Below are positions 27,487 to 42,828 of a DNA stretch of 64,000 nt, in pieces; positions within the stretch are counted from its first letter, which is position 1; every line of letters begins with the position of its first letter. The notes beneath the pieces are model-generated. The model searched no databases. It saw only the letters and a program-made list of their open reading frames with translations, and had not been told where the DNA came from. The stretch comes from the human T2T-CHM13v2.0 reference genome, Homo sapiens. Location: NCBI RefSeq assembly GCF_009914755.1, contig NC_060926.1, one strand, 5' to 3'. The position numbers and the translations under genes are program-made.

Positions 27487-27806
27487 GGCCAGGTGCGGTG
27501 GCTCACGCCTGTAATCCTAGCACTTTGGGAGGCCGAGGAAGGCAGATCACGAGGTCAGGAGTTCAAGACCAGCCTGGCCAATATGGTGAAACCTCATCTC
27601 TACTAAAAATACAAAAATTAGCCGGGCGTGGTGGCATATGCCTGTAGTCCCAGCTACTCAGGAGGCTGAGGCAGAAGAATCACTTGAACCTGGGAGCCAG
27701 AGGTTGCACTAAGCCAAGATCATGCTACAGCACTTCAGCCTGGGTGACAGAGTGAGACTCCATCTAAAACAACAACAACAATAACAACAATAACAAAAAA
27801 AAAAAC
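27487..27806 (+). mobile_element. Alu (AluSg-like), full length
   Basis: Full Alu with (AAC)n tail; TSD cagttgtgaactt at 27474-27486 and 27807-27819. Confidence 0.97.
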
Positions 27807-27914
27807 CAGTTGTGAACTTGGCAGTTTGCCCCATTTTTTTCATTGCAAGGGAGTGGAACATTACCTTTTCCAGCTCTCTAAATCTCAAAATGTAAACCGG
27901 AAGTGTCCCTTATA

Positions 27915-29720
27915 CCTCCTGAAGAAATTGAATACATAATTAGAACCTTCCCACATGAAAAATCTCCAAGCCCAGATGACACCCTCACTGAATTCTTCTA
28001 AACAGTAAAGACAAAATACGACAAATCTTATAAAAATTCTTCCAGATAATAGGAAAAGAAGTAACATTTCCCAATTTATTTTATTTTACAAGGCCAGAAT
28101 AATCTTGATACCAAAACAGGACAAAGACATCTTACAAAACAAGATAATTACAGGTTCAACTCTTTCATGAACATAAATTTTAAAATTCTAAATAAAATCT
28201 TAGCCCTTCAAATATAGCGACATATTAAAATGACAATATATCATGACCACATATATAAAAGATAGCATATCTTGGGCTTATGTCAGGAATGCATGGCTAG
28301 TTTACATTAGAAAAATCAATCAGTGTGATTCTCCTCACTAAATGAATAAAGTAGATGAAACATATGACCAGCTCAATTAATACAGAAAAATTATCTTACA
28401 GTATGTGACATCTGTTCATAGTAAAAACTGTCTACAAACTAGAAACAGACGGAAGGCTTCTTTAACCTGATAAGGAATAGTTACCAAAACAAATTGAATT
28501 TATAGCAAACATCATACTTAATAGTGAAATACTTGAGAATTTTGAATCAAAAACAAAAGAAGGATGTCCATTTTTCACCACTTATTTCAGCATTATTCTC
28601 AAGATCTTGGACAGTGAAACAGGTTAGAAGAAGAAATAAATGGTATAATAATTAGAAACAAAAATGCTATGATTTATAAATGACATGATATTGTATGCAG
28701 AAAATCCAAATGATTCTACATATTAGCTATTAGAATGAATAAACGAATTTGGAAAGGTAATTGTATCTCTGCTTATTAGAAACAAATCACTCAAAATTTT
28801 TAAATTAGATTTAAAAATAATCCTATTTAAAGTAGCTTCAAAAACATCAAATACCTAAGAATAGACCTGAGGAAAGAGACACAAGATCCCTAATAGAAAG
28901 CCACCAATGATTAGTAATAGACATTAAGACATAAATAGAGGGATACATGTTAAAATGTTTTGCAAAGACATCATTTCTCCTCAAGTTGACCTAGAGTCAA
29001 TACATTTTCAATAAAAATCCTAGGAGGGATTCTACAGTTTATATCAAAATTTTAAAGGCTAAGAATAGCCATCTTGAAGAAGGGGAGCAGAGTAATATGG
29101 CTTCACTATTAGTATTAAAACTTATTATAAAGTTACAGTAAAAAAGACAGGGGTGCAATGATCAGCAATGAGAGCAATGGAACAGAAAAGAAAATCACCA
29201 GCCAGACCCATTCCTATAGGGCTACCTGCTTTATGATAAAGTACTACCACAATGGAATGGGAAAAAAGATAGTATTTTCAATAACTGGTGCTTTATAAAT
29301 TGGATATTCATGAGAGGAAAAAAAAGAAATCCTCTTCCCTACATCCATCATAAACAAAAATCAACCTCGGATTCTTCATAGAGATAAATGTAAACCATTA
29401 GAGATAAAAGAACAACTTCATGACTTTAGGATAGACAGAGATTTCTTAAATTGAATATACAAATACAGGTCAAAAAGAAAAAACTGACAAACTGAACTGC
29501 ATTAAAATTAGGAACTTCTGCTTATAAAAAGATACCACTGAGAGAGTGAAATGTCAAGTTACAGATGAGAATCAGATGTTTACAATAAATACAGCCAACA
29601 AAGAACTCATATCTAGAATATTGTTGTAGTTTCTATAATAAGAAAAAAGACATATCTATCTCATTATTTTAAATGGAGGAAAAAGAACACTTCTCAGAAA
29701 TGTTAAATAACAGGCAAACT
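27915..29720 (+). mobile_element. Old L1ME-like ORF2 fragment
   Basis: A-rich decayed ORF2: ttgataccaaaacaggacaaagac, tcaggaatgcatggctagttt, tatgcagaaaatccaaa, attaaaattaggaacttctg. Confidence 0.85.
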
Positions 29721-31644
29721 CTGTTTTTCTCAAGGAAAAAGGGTTTGATGGGTGAGCTTTGGAAATGGGTCATTATCCAGGCTCTTTTTGGCCTTCCCTC
29801 AGAATCTCTGAGCCTAAAGGCCATGTTCCTTCCCCTCTCTACTCTTGCCTCTTCCAATTAGCAAACTCACCCACCAGGATAGATCCTGCACCTTGAGAGG
29901 ACGGAAGAGAAAGCTTTAAATGGTTAAATCTTAGGTCAAAGCCACAACCTCCAATCCTGCTTTACCAATTATAAATTGAGTATGTGACACCCTATCTTAT
30001 GTCTGTGTCTTTTTCTCATTTGGTTTAGAATTCTCATTTTTCAAAACCCAACAGTAGTAAAGGGAGAGGAATTTGATGAGATGAGGTTAAATAAATTGAG
30101 AGGTTGAAGGGTGAGGGCATGGAGCACCTCGTTTGGAAGCAGCGGAGGAGGTGATCTCTAACCGCTGCCTCTGAGAAGTGCAGCTGGGGCATCAGGTCAG
30201 TCAGTGTTAATGCTGGGAGAAGAAGCTGCCACACCACACCTGTTGCCATCCTAGGAAAGAAACTGATAGTGGTGACTTTCTGTGAACTACTTCCTCTCCA
30301 CCAAATTCTTTCCCAACTGGCTCTCTTGTTTTTCCAGGGGTTTAGGCAGCACAAATTTTAACAACTTTTTAAGAAAGCTTTTTGTAGTGGAATGGTACTT
30401 CCAAAAGTTGAGCTGGAATGTGAGGTTTTGCAAATTAATGATGTTGTAAGAAAAACAGACGTCCTCTTGATCAGATTGTATTGATCAGAATTTTGTTCGT
30501 CACAGTTCAACACTCCCTCATGTAATGCACAAATCTGCAGGATTTTCTAACATAAGTCAGCCAAGAAGATAATTGGTTTGGCCCCATTGTATACGCCAAG
30601 CACCTTATCAGACAAAACCAATAATTCTCCCATTTGTATGCAGATCAGAAAAGAAAAGGTATTCAAGAGATGTCTACATTATTATCTGAATAGAAAATAC
30701 TGTAACAAGATATTTGTATTTTGGTATGCATTGCCAGTAGGTAGATTTTTATTATCATTATTATTTAGTGTATAGCATTTGGCTCAGAGATAAGCTTTCA
30801 TTCAAAGGAATAATGCATACTATTTGCCTTTGTGATACAGGTGCTATCTGTGTTACATAAAAAGCTTTTTTTTTTAATGTTGTTGTAAGCAACATGCTGT
30901 TTGTAACAGATGTCAGCTCAGAGCAGAATTGTAAACACTTTATGGCATGGTAATGCTGATATTCTGGACTGTTCAGGTATGGGATACAAAGATGGAGAAC
31001 AGAAATATAGGAATAGCTCGAAGAAAAAGTTGGAGTGAAAATATTATTTTGCTGTTTCCTAGAAACTTTCAAAATCTGTCTCTTCAAATACATTAGGACT
31101 GAACCAATTTAATTCCTACCCATTTGACCTTTGAAGTTTCAGAGCAATGTTTCTATTTATATAAACACAATCACAAAGAAAAAGCCAATAACATCAATCC
31201 ACCAAGTTTGAGAAAAATTTCTAATTATGAAAAATGTTTCCTTGAAGGATCAATTCCATGTCCAATTTATTAAAATTTCATTAAGCTGAGAAAATAATTA
31301 TAAACAGCAAGACACAATTACATTCAGGGTAGTTACAAAAACTGTAATTTGATATTAAAATACTGAGCTTAATCATACATTCAAGTACATAATTTTTGAG
31401 ATCCTAATGTGATTATCATTGCACCAACTGAATTTACTATTTCTAACAAAGTTACATAGAAGAATGGGGCAATTCCTTAACTTACAATAAGAAGACACTT
31501 TACTAATGAAGTATTTAAATATATCAACACTTTAAGTTGAGGCATGGGGACAGAGACTATCAAAGTTGTATTCTTAACATTCTTAATTATTCAAGATTAC
31601 AATAGTGTTAGAACTAAAAAAGAGAACCCAAGATCCATTTAATA

Positions 31645-32207
<563 letters not shown>

Positions 32208-32822
32208 TCTAATCTAGCCTCAGGCTTCTAATGAGTAACACTATAAGTGTTCTCAGAGAAAAATAAATTAATAAGTATATAAGTAGAGTGTACATATCAC
32301 TTTACGTTTGTGACTGCGAAATCTTGGGGCTTAAGGAATGATTTGACGTTATTATATTGCTAATTCATACTCTCTAACGGGATGATTGAACTGCAGGAAG
32401 TTGAGACTAGGGAAGATGTTGATTTATGCAGATTGGCAATATAGATAGATCAAACCCTGAGGATAATTATTCAGAATCAGTTATACTCTAGTAGAAGATT
32501 ATTTTCCTTTTCCTCTTTCCAAATAAAAGAAATTTTCCAGATGCAAGTAGAATAATTAAAGAATTTTTCATGTTGCCCTTTGCGTTTTTTGAACCCTCAA
32601 TGGAGGAGAGGGAAGAGCCTCTATCCCAGGAGAAAGCAGGAATCTCAGCTCTCACCATTCCAGAAGAGGGATCAGGAAGGCAATCTAGCAGTCCATGGGG
32701 CCCTGAGACACTCGGGATCAGAAGAAATCAGGAATTCCTTTCATGGGTTCCAGTGGTGCAGAAGCAAAGGCATGTCCAGGCTATCCCACGGAGAAAGAGC
32801 CAGGGGTCTTGTTCTATGAAGC

Positions 32823-33342
32823 CATATTAATTTCTTATTGCTGCCATAACCAATTACCACAATCCCAGTGGCTTAAAATAATACACGTTTATTATCTTGA
32901 AGTTCTGTAGGTTGCAAGCTGAACATGGATCTCACTAGGCTAAAGTCAAGGTGTCAAGAGAGCTGTGTTCCTCTCTCAACATCCTAGAGAGGAATCCAAT
33001 TTCCTTGCCTTTTCCAGCTTCCAGAGGTTGCCCATATTTCTTGGTTCTGGGACCCTTCCAACTTCAAAGTCAGCAATGCTCCCTCCCTCTCAGATCTTTC
33101 TTCCACAGTCACATTTCCTTCCGTCTCTTCTATTCTGCATCTTCTTCCACTTCCGAGGCCCCTTGTAGTTGCATTTGTAATCACACCAGAAACCACCCGT
33201 ACAATCCAGGATCGTCCCCCCATCTCAAAGTGCTTAATTTAATCACATCCACACAGTATATTTTTCCATGTAAGATAACATATTCACAGGTTCTTGGAAC
33301 TAGGAAGTGGACATCTTTGGGGGTCCATTATACTGCCTTCTA
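32823..33342 (-). mobile_element. MaLR solo LTR (MLT1D/C-like)
   Basis: ttattgctgccataaccaattaccaca...tccttgccttttccagcttccagaggttgcc...ataacatattcacaggttc. Confidence 0.85.
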
Positions 33343-33863
33343 TAGGGGCTAACTGGAATGTGCTGTAGTCACAGCTATTACCACCAATGGTTGCTTTTCA
33401 TGGGCCGAGCTACTCATGCATGAGTGAGCTGCCAGTTCTTTCCAATTATATCATGGAGAAGCAACCACCCCTTAAAATTTATACATAACATCTGCACTTA
33501 CACACTACCATCCTCACATACTTCCTTAGAACATGCTTGCCTAAAACTAAATACAAACAGCTTTAAATTATTTCAAGGACAGTTGGAGATCCAAAGCAGG
33601 GAAAGTCTCATGACAACATGGCATCTGCTTGAAGGGTCTACTAGTATCATCTGAAAATGTGAGTCAGATTTCACTGACTTTCAGTGAAAAGAAAGTGAAA
33701 GTCAGAGAAGAGAAGTAATTGTCTATCATAGTGGTTTTTTTTTAAACTGTTTCATGAAGCAAGAGTCCTTTGAGATGCTACACACTCACACACGTGTGCA
33801 CGCGTGCATGTGCACACATACAGGCAAACAAGATTCTGTAATCATTCAGAAAAATGCTGAATA

Positions 33864-34680
<817 letters not shown>

Positions 34681-35129
34681 AAACCATTATTATCAATAGG
34701 AAGAAAGTTTGGTTGAGTGGTCTGGATAGATGATAGATTAGGGTGCAGAAGCCATGTATATGTGGCTCGCCCTTTCCTCTCTCTTGGGGACCTGCCTGAC
34801 TTCCACATGGGATACCCTGTGTTCTGCTCCTTCTCCTGACAGTTATACACGGGCAGACTCTGCCCCTGCTCAGGAGGCCTGCGGGTGCTCAGTGCTGCCT
34901 TTTAATGGGTGTGCACATTTGTTCAGTTCTGGATTTCTGCTTTTGGAAGTACACTATGGTCACGTGTGTAAGTCACATTCTCTCAGATATTCCAGTACTG
35001 ATCTGTCCAGAGATGTTGTTTACCTCTAAGTGGTTCCAAACTGGGTCAGGCAAACTCACATTGAAAAACTCTGGGATCTTGGGGGCTCATCCAGGGAATC
35101 TTTGCAAGCTGATAACACCTTAGGCCTTG

Positions 35130-35335
35130 TTGGCTATTTATTAGGTGTTGGCATAGGCTTAGTCCTTTCATTACGTTTCTTCATATAATCTTCACAATAA
35201 CTACATAAAGTTGGGATTATTATTGTTCCTATCTTAAGGTGAAGAAACTGATACTTAGAAAGGGAATAAGACAATGTGGACGACACCCTGATGAAATTAC
35301 TATTTGAATAGGGAAGCACAGGAGGCATTCAGAGT
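35130..35335 (-). mobile_element. MIR SINE
   Basis: aatcttcacaataactac...ttattattgttcctatctt...gaagaaactga. Confidence 0.6.
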
Positions 35336-35514
35336 TACAGCCTGGGTCTTGATCCCTTCCAAAAAGGCAAACAGAATGGAGACGAGATGTTGAAACAAGG
35401 GATCTCATACAAAGTGAGTGACCTATGCCAGCTAATTACTCTTGTTCTCTAGTGGTCCATGGGGTTCAGATTCCTGAAAGCTCTACTCTCCCTACCCCAA
35501 AACTTCTCTCTATC

Positions 35515-35950
35515 TCATATGCTTCAAACTTCAAGTTATGGCCCACCAGTGAGTCATGAAATCAACTTAGTGGGTCAAAGCCAAAATTTTTCTGAGGGAA
35601 AGGGAGTGGAGGAGTAAGAAGTAGAGAAGGGGAAAAGAGGAAATAGCATGGAAAAGTCAGTATTTTTATATTACTGTATAAGTAATATATATATTACTTA
35701 TATATATTATATACGTTATATAAAATATGTTATATATTTTTTATATTTATATATATTTCATGTATAACATATTTTATATATAAGTAATATATTACTATAT
35801 TACTTATATAAGAAAATATCAGAGTATATACCACATAAGACCATATTACATTGTTTAATGAAATGACTCTTTTTGGCTGTGTGTGTGTATGTGTGTGTAA
35901 ACTGCATTTGCTTACTGCAGATCATGATCCACAAAGCTTTAAATCCATGG
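35515..35950 (+). mobile_element. Charlie4z-like remnant with internal AT-rich palindromic expansion
   Basis: agtgagtcatgaaatcaacttagtgggtc ... aaaatatcagagt...cttactgcagatcatgatc. Confidence 0.65.
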
Positions 35951-36001
35951 TTCCATCTTGTTTGGCTTACCATAAGCTTATTTTCATGGTATGAAGGATA
36001 G

Positions 36002-36336
<335 letters not shown>

Positions 36337-36429
36337 TCGTCTCTTTTTCTAAGCTATCTCTGGAGGAGGAAGGTGGGAGGGGGCCTGTGTGCATCAGAGA
36401 GGGAGTCTGGCAGAACGTGGAAACAGAAG

Positions 36430-36670
36430 GAGAAGAGGCGTATGGGGCCAAGTCAGGCAGGCCTTAAATAACTCATATGGATTTTGTTCTTAAAAGTAAT
36501 GGGAAGCCCTGGGAGGCTTTTGATCAGGGAAGGGATGTGATTCCATTCATACTGGAAAATGATCCCTTTTTAATTGTTGTGTGGACAGTGAATGGTTGGG
36601 GCTGGAATGGAAACAGAGAAGTGGCAGCAGCAGTGAAGGTGAGAGACAGGTGGTGTGTTCTAAGTTAGCA
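36430..36670 (-). mobile_element. L2 fragment
   Basis: ggattttgttcttaaaagtaatgggaagccctgggaggcttttgatcaggga. Confidence 0.65.
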
Positions 36671-36759
36671 GTAACTAAAATGGTGAGGAGGAGAGAGCCA
36701 TGGTTTATGCACCAGCCCAGGTCTGCTCAGAGAATGAGAACCACTAGGGAATACGCATC

Positions 36760-37312
36760 ATGAGGACTGCACCCTACACAGTGGACCAGCTAGTCACTTA
36801 GTCTAGGCAAGGCTGTTGTTTCCATGCCTGGTGCTAGAGCCCAAAGGCCACAGGGCATGCAGCTGGGAAAGGAGACTGTACATGAAGTGGAGGACAAGTG
36901 GGAACTAGCAAGGCTGAGCTGGAACCCACCAGAGAAGACTGGAGTCTGGGCTGTCTCCCCACCTCCAAGCCCTCAGCTCAGATGACAACAGCTTTCTGGG
37001 TAAGAAATGGGTACTCTTCGTCAGGATGCTCATATGTAGCTAACCCATGATTCAGAGAAGCTGAAGCAGAACGTTTGCAGGAGCTGGAGCTGTGGGCCCA
37101 GCATGGTCCCAAACCAACTAGGTGAGGTAGTAGATAAGCAACCGCATGCGTGCACTGCACCCACCTCCTGAGTATGTGAAGGAACAAACCGCCCCTTCGC
37201 TCCCTCTTCTAAATCTTACACAAAGTTTTTCTTGAAGCCTATGCTAAATAGGAACTACAAGGGGAAGGGAATTCTGGAAAATGTGTTTCTAGCTTAGCCA
37301 TATTGACACGAA
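36760..37312. mobile_element. Ancient LTR (LTR78-like)
   Basis: End motif ggaactacaaggggaagggaattctggaaaatgtg...tagccatattgacac. Confidence 0.5.
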
Positions 37313-37384
37313 ATGAATTCATCAGTGGGGTGTTTCCTTACGCACAGAAAAAGGGAACTTCTACTTTGAGCTTCCTGGGAAGAA

Positions 37385-37680
37385 AATAACTCTTGGAGGG
37401 AACTTGGCTAGACAATCCTGCAGTAAATAGCAACCCACAATCTCAGCACCTCAAACAGGTAACAGTTTATCTCTTGCTCACACAAAGTCCACCGTAGATC
37501 TCCGCAATTGTGCAGTACAGCCCTCTGCCAGGAGGTTACAGAGGCATCTGGATGCTTCTGCCTTGTGGATCCATCATCTCAACACACGGCCCCATGATAG
37601 CTACAATAGGGAAGAATAATGTACCTTGCATCCTTTAAGTCAAAATGTTCACTGCACTTCTGTTCACAGTACTTTGACAT
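37385..37680 (-). mobile_element. MaLR LTR fragment (MLT1J/K-like)
   Basis: ctgcagtaaatagcaacccacaatctcagc...agtttatctcttgctcacacaaagtcca. Confidence 0.55.
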
Positions 37681-38098
37681 CACAGGGCATTTTGGAACAA
37701 GCTACAGAAATGAATTATTAAATGTTCAAAGGTTTATCAGCATTACCATCACCATCAATATTATAATGTAACATGTGCTGCAGACACTCTTGCCACTCAG
37801 ATCACTCTCACTAGTGATAAAAAATAATGATTTACTGTGGATACAATGGTATATCCAAGGGTTCTGCTGCACCCATTGCCAATGTGGTATGATTTCTGTA
37901 TTGCTACAGTGCTGGCCAAATAGCTTTTCTGCACCAGCCTGCCACACTGGAGCCTCCCCACTGTTGCGGACACCTCTAAAGTAAGGTGTTGAGAGAGTCT
38001 CATTAAATGCCAATCTGTTGCCTGGGGAAAAAAAGTTTTACATTGAGATTTTAACAATTTTAATATAAATTGAAATGATCCTAACAGAGATCAGAGTC

Positions 38099-38921
38099 TG
38101 TGTAGTGTTTTCAGACACCACTTCTAATACTAAATGTGTGTGGGTTTTTTCTGACAACAATCAGTTCCCCCAAAATTCTCTGACACCAACTGGGCATTCA
38201 AGAATTCAATTCAATTCAATTCTGACACCTAGAGTTAGCATAGACCCCACAGGTTATAAGTTCAGCCGCACAAGACTGCCCCACTTCAGATGGCAGCTGC
38301 AGATGGGGTGTTCAGGTTACCTACACTTCTATTGACTATAAATCCACGGGTTTCTATGACCCCATCTCAGGTCCAGTAATTCACTACAATGGTTCACAGA
38401 ACTCAGGAAAGCACTTTCCTTATTAAGGATACAAAGAAATAACCAAATGAAGAACTTCATAGAGCAATGACTGAAGGTCCCCAAGTGCAGGAGGTGTATC
38501 CCCATGGAGTCAGGATGCACCAGCACATGAATATACATTTGCCACCCTGCAAGCTACCTGAATCCCATTGTTCCAGGGTCTTTATGGAGCTTTCTTTATG
38601 CAGGCACAATTGATCAAATGATTGGCCATTGGTGGTTGAACTCAATCTCTAGCCCTTCTCCCCTCCTGGGAGGTTGAGGCATGGGGCTGGAAGTTCCAAT
38701 AATGGCCTGCTCCTAATGACCATACCTAATAATGACGGGCTGTTTCTGGGACCAGCCCCCATTCTGGAACTATCTACCCACTCCACCCCCAACTCTCTAC
38801 CATGAGTCATCTGATTAGCATACAAAGGACACTCTTATGGCTCAGATGTCTCCAAGGGTTTTAAGAGCTCTGTGCTGAGAGCCTAGGAGAAAGACCAAAT
38901 GTTTGCTTTTCATTATGCCAC
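38099..38921 (-). mobile_element. MER21B/C-like solo LTR
   Basis: ttctctgacaccaactggg...aattcaattcaattctgacac...cacagaactcaggaaagcactt...aagaccaaat...attatgccaca. Confidence 0.85.
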
Positions 38922-40624
38922 AAGACTGCAGGTGTTATGACAGGGGCAGCACACTCTAGAGCTGGGGGCACTGCCCATACTACAAGGTGAGAGGACAGAG
39001 GAAAAGGACCACAGTGTGGGCTCGTGAGTGCTGAGGACCAAGGCATCCTCTGAGAAGTACCAGAAAGGCAAAGGGGATGACTGATGGTTGAGTGCAAAAG
39101 GATGTCCTGCCAAACACTACCTAGCATAGAAAAGCTGGGCTTCAATCCCTGTTGGACAGTAATTAGCCATGTGTGGAATATATCAAAACTGAGCCTAGCA
39201 GAACTAAGAAGTCCATGCATCTCAAACACCCCAGGTCCTTAAGGGAATAAAATATTGTAATCCAGTGTGTATTTCAACAGCAAGCTTATTTTGACTATTA
39301 CTACTTTGAAGAACAAATAAGGAATATAATATAAACACTTATTTAAAATGACACAGGAAGTCAGGGAACATAATGAAAGTCTGAGGTGTCAGTGATGTGT
39401 GCATGACAGAGAAATAGAGAAAATTAGTCATCTGGAACTAGAGGACTATAAAGAACTTGGGCATTTGCTAATTGACTTCATTTTCCTGGGAGCCAGAAGA
39501 CTCTAACTATTTAGGTGAGTGATATGGATAATTATCTCAAATTGAGTAACTAATTAGGTGCTTTCATTTTAAATGAAATACAGCCATGAAGGCACTCCAG
39601 GAGAATCAGGAAAATTATTGTTATAATTTTTTGTCGTCCTCAAGACTCTGAATAATAAGTGATAATGTCAAAATGATTAAAAACAAAAAAATCTTTAGAA
39701 GATGACACAAAGAAACTCCATAACACATGCACTATGTATTATGTACTGTTCAGTAGAAAGAAACGTGTTTCTCGGTTTTAGGTAAGCATTTTTCCTTTGG
39801 GATCAAGTATGTAGGAAGCATCCTTGTGCTTTGTTGCTTACTCGGAACACAGTGGGCCTCACAAGCACCTGCAGGGGCACATGATTCAAGGCTTTCTAAG
39901 AAGCATCTCTTTCCCAAAATGTCCCTCCTAGGCAGCACTTGGAATCCACTTATTACCCTCTACTGTCATCTCTAGGTGTATATTTAAAATCCAAGAACCT
40001 CTGGGATATGTGGGCTAAAGCCAGTTTTTAGACCCCTCAGAATGACCACAACCAGAGAAGGGATTAGATACCTTTAAGAAAAACAAGAGGGCCTCTTGGG
40101 ACCTTTGATCCTGGCTTGCAAAACTGGTTCGCTGAAATAAATGCAAGTCCTGCTTCCTCTGCTCTGTTTCTTCCCTCTTGTAGCCTGAACCTACCACGCA
40201 TTCCTCATCACTGGACTCTACCTCAGCACCTGTTCAATTCTGCATCTCCCTCATCCCTTGATCTTCAACTGTAGTCTGGTGGACTTGGTTCCAGCAGCAT
40301 CTGCTACTGGTTTGATATTTCTGATGCAAATACATCATTGGTTCAAATTTGCTTTCCTTTTCACTCTCACAGAAGGCAGGCAACGCCAGTCACATGTGAC
40401 CACATGAAGTTTCTTAGAATCTATGAAAAGTGATCCAGGCTGGATCAAGAGACTAAACAGGTGTGGAGGACCTGAGGTGTCTACCCTGTGCACCACACAG
40501 ACCTGCCGACACTTTCCCATTATATTCATTTCTCATTCTACAATATGGGGTTTTGCCTTAACAAATAAATAATGACAATAATACCAAAGGAGCAGCTTTT
40601 ATGGGGAATTGGGTCGCCAAAGAC

Positions 40625-40737
40625 CAGGCCACCATATTTTCCAGTTCCAAGGGTGTCATTTTCCCCACAGTGTATGTGAACAGTGCTCTCTGGAGTTGTA
40701 CAGTGCATAGCCTGTGCAGATATACACAGCCACCCTG
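40625..40737. mobile_element. MER91-like hAT-Tip100 MITE
   Basis: atgtgaacagtgctctctggagttgtacagtgcatagcctgtgca...cagccaccctg. Confidence 0.6.
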
Positions 40738-41329
40738 ACCAAGGGAATGAGATATTCGTCTTAGATTTAAATGTTGTTAACTAATTTTATTAATTTTTGA
40801 ATCAAATGACACAAAACTCATTCTTATATTCTATGTAAACTAAGATGGCCTAGTATCAGCTTTGGGAGAACCCCTTTATAAACAACAAGCTGTTTAACCC
40901 CTGGGATTTAGCCTGGCTCTGTCACTAATACCTTCCAAGATCTTGAACATACTGCAGATTCATTGTATTCTGCTGATTAAAAAGATCCTCAAGCTTTTGA
41001 TGATTATTTGATTATAACCCTACCATTCAGTTTATCCCAGAGAGATGAAATGTCTTGCCTAATGTCACGATATTTATTGGTGACTATGTCAGAACAAGAA
41101 TCTAGGTCATCAGTATTCCAAAATCACTCCCACTAGATTCTGAGGTCTTGAGGTCAGCTGACTACTTCTGTATTTTGTTCATCAAGGAAAACGTACAGTT
41201 GTTAGAGTAAATTTGCTCATTAAATAAGAATAATATAAGATAATGTGCTAAAGCACTTGTAGATAATTAAGTCATATGCACATGTAGGGTAAAATTACTA
41301 TCTCAGACATTGTTACGATTAGGCTCTGG

Positions 41330-41500
41330 TAGAAGTCCACCACTTAACAGATGTGCAATCATGAGCAAGTTACTTAACCTCTACATCTCAGTTTTCTCAT
41401 ATATAACAGGAAATCAAATAACAGAAATTTAGAACAGAATAAAAGTACTTACAACAGAGTGTGATGCACAGTATGTGCACAGTCAATGTTAGCTATTATC
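41330..41500 (+). mobile_element. MIR SINE
   Basis: gagcaagttacttaacctctacatctcagttttctcat. Confidence 0.7.
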
Positions 41501-41827
41501 ATCACTTTTCAAACATTAAGAAGGCCTAGGCAAAGCCTAAGAGTTAAATGTTGATTTATATAAGAACGAGTAAGGTCAATATCATATTGTCCCAGCTTTA
41601 GGTAATTTTATTTACTGAAACAGATTTAAATCTTACTTCAGTTCAAACCACTATTTCTTTGAGCATGTACCACTGAGCAGCCACTCAGAAAACTCACCAC
41701 TTAATTGGGAAAACAAATGATTTATGTATAACAAATGCACTAAAAGACATAAATGCAAAGGCCTATGGCACAGAGGAGGAACTAACTAACCCAAAAGTCA
41801 AGATCTGTGATATTTATTTTGAAACAG

Positions 41828-42190
41828 ATATATATGTGTGTGTGTGCATATGTATTATACTTATATATGTTTATATATATTATTTACATTATATATATAT
41901 TATTTGTGCACATGGCTCCCTTTGCCAACAATGTCAACAATGTCTTTTCCTCCTTTCATCCATCTGTCAAAACCTTTTTAGGGTATACAAGGTGGCTCCA
42001 ATGCTCTATATCCCCTATATAATAATATAGTATATTATTTACATTATATGTGTATATAAAGACATATATATAAATATACAGATATAAATTTATATGTAAG
42101 TATAAACATTATGTATATATACATATAAATCTATATATTATCCATATATATAGTACACATACACATACATACACACACATATACAAACAT
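41828..42190. repeat. TA/CA-rich low-complexity tract interrupted by the inverted-repeat-2 left arm
   Basis: (TA)n/(CATA)n-like runs at 41828-41902 and 42016-42190. Confidence 0.85.
41903..42015 (+). repeat. Inverted repeat 2, left arm (~113 bp)
   Basis: About 94/114 identical to the reverse complement of 42829-42942 (manual count, one 1-nt gap). Confidence 0.9.
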
Positions 42191-42828
42191 AGAGCCCAGA
42201 TCTAAAAACAAAAATTTAAATTTATAAATCCATGCTGGTATTTTTCCATTACTTTAAACTCAAAGGTCAGTTGGGACAAGGACCTTGACTCTAACTATGC
42301 TTAGTTGTTTTACTTCACATTTACAGGGATTTTGTTTAAAATTTTTCTTTCTTTGAATAGCCTCAGAGTTGAGAAAAGCAATGACTTTTACACTTCCTAT
42401 GATACTTTTGAATGTTAGTATTTAGTTATCCAGTTAATAAAAATCATTCTAAGTCCCCACTGAATGACCCTACTCTGAATACAATCCCTTGAATGAAAAA
42501 TTTCAGAAACTATACCTTGAAATTATAGGACACATTCCCTCCTAAATATAGCATCTTAAATTGTGCCATGCTTCTCTTGCAGCTAAATATTCAATTCAGC
42601 AAGTATTTTCTTAAAATCCAAATTTACAAGATATTGTACTGGGTTTTATAGAGCTACCAAGATGCACAAGTTCCACTCAAGGAATACACGGGGTGGGGGA
42701 ATGTATGAAGGGTGAACAGTTAACAGATCCAAGACAGAATGGGCTATGGACTGCAAGAGTATCAAGTATAAGAGCACTTACAGAGGAAAGTGCAATTGAT
42801 TCTTACTTGGAGGGTCAGAGATAGCTTT

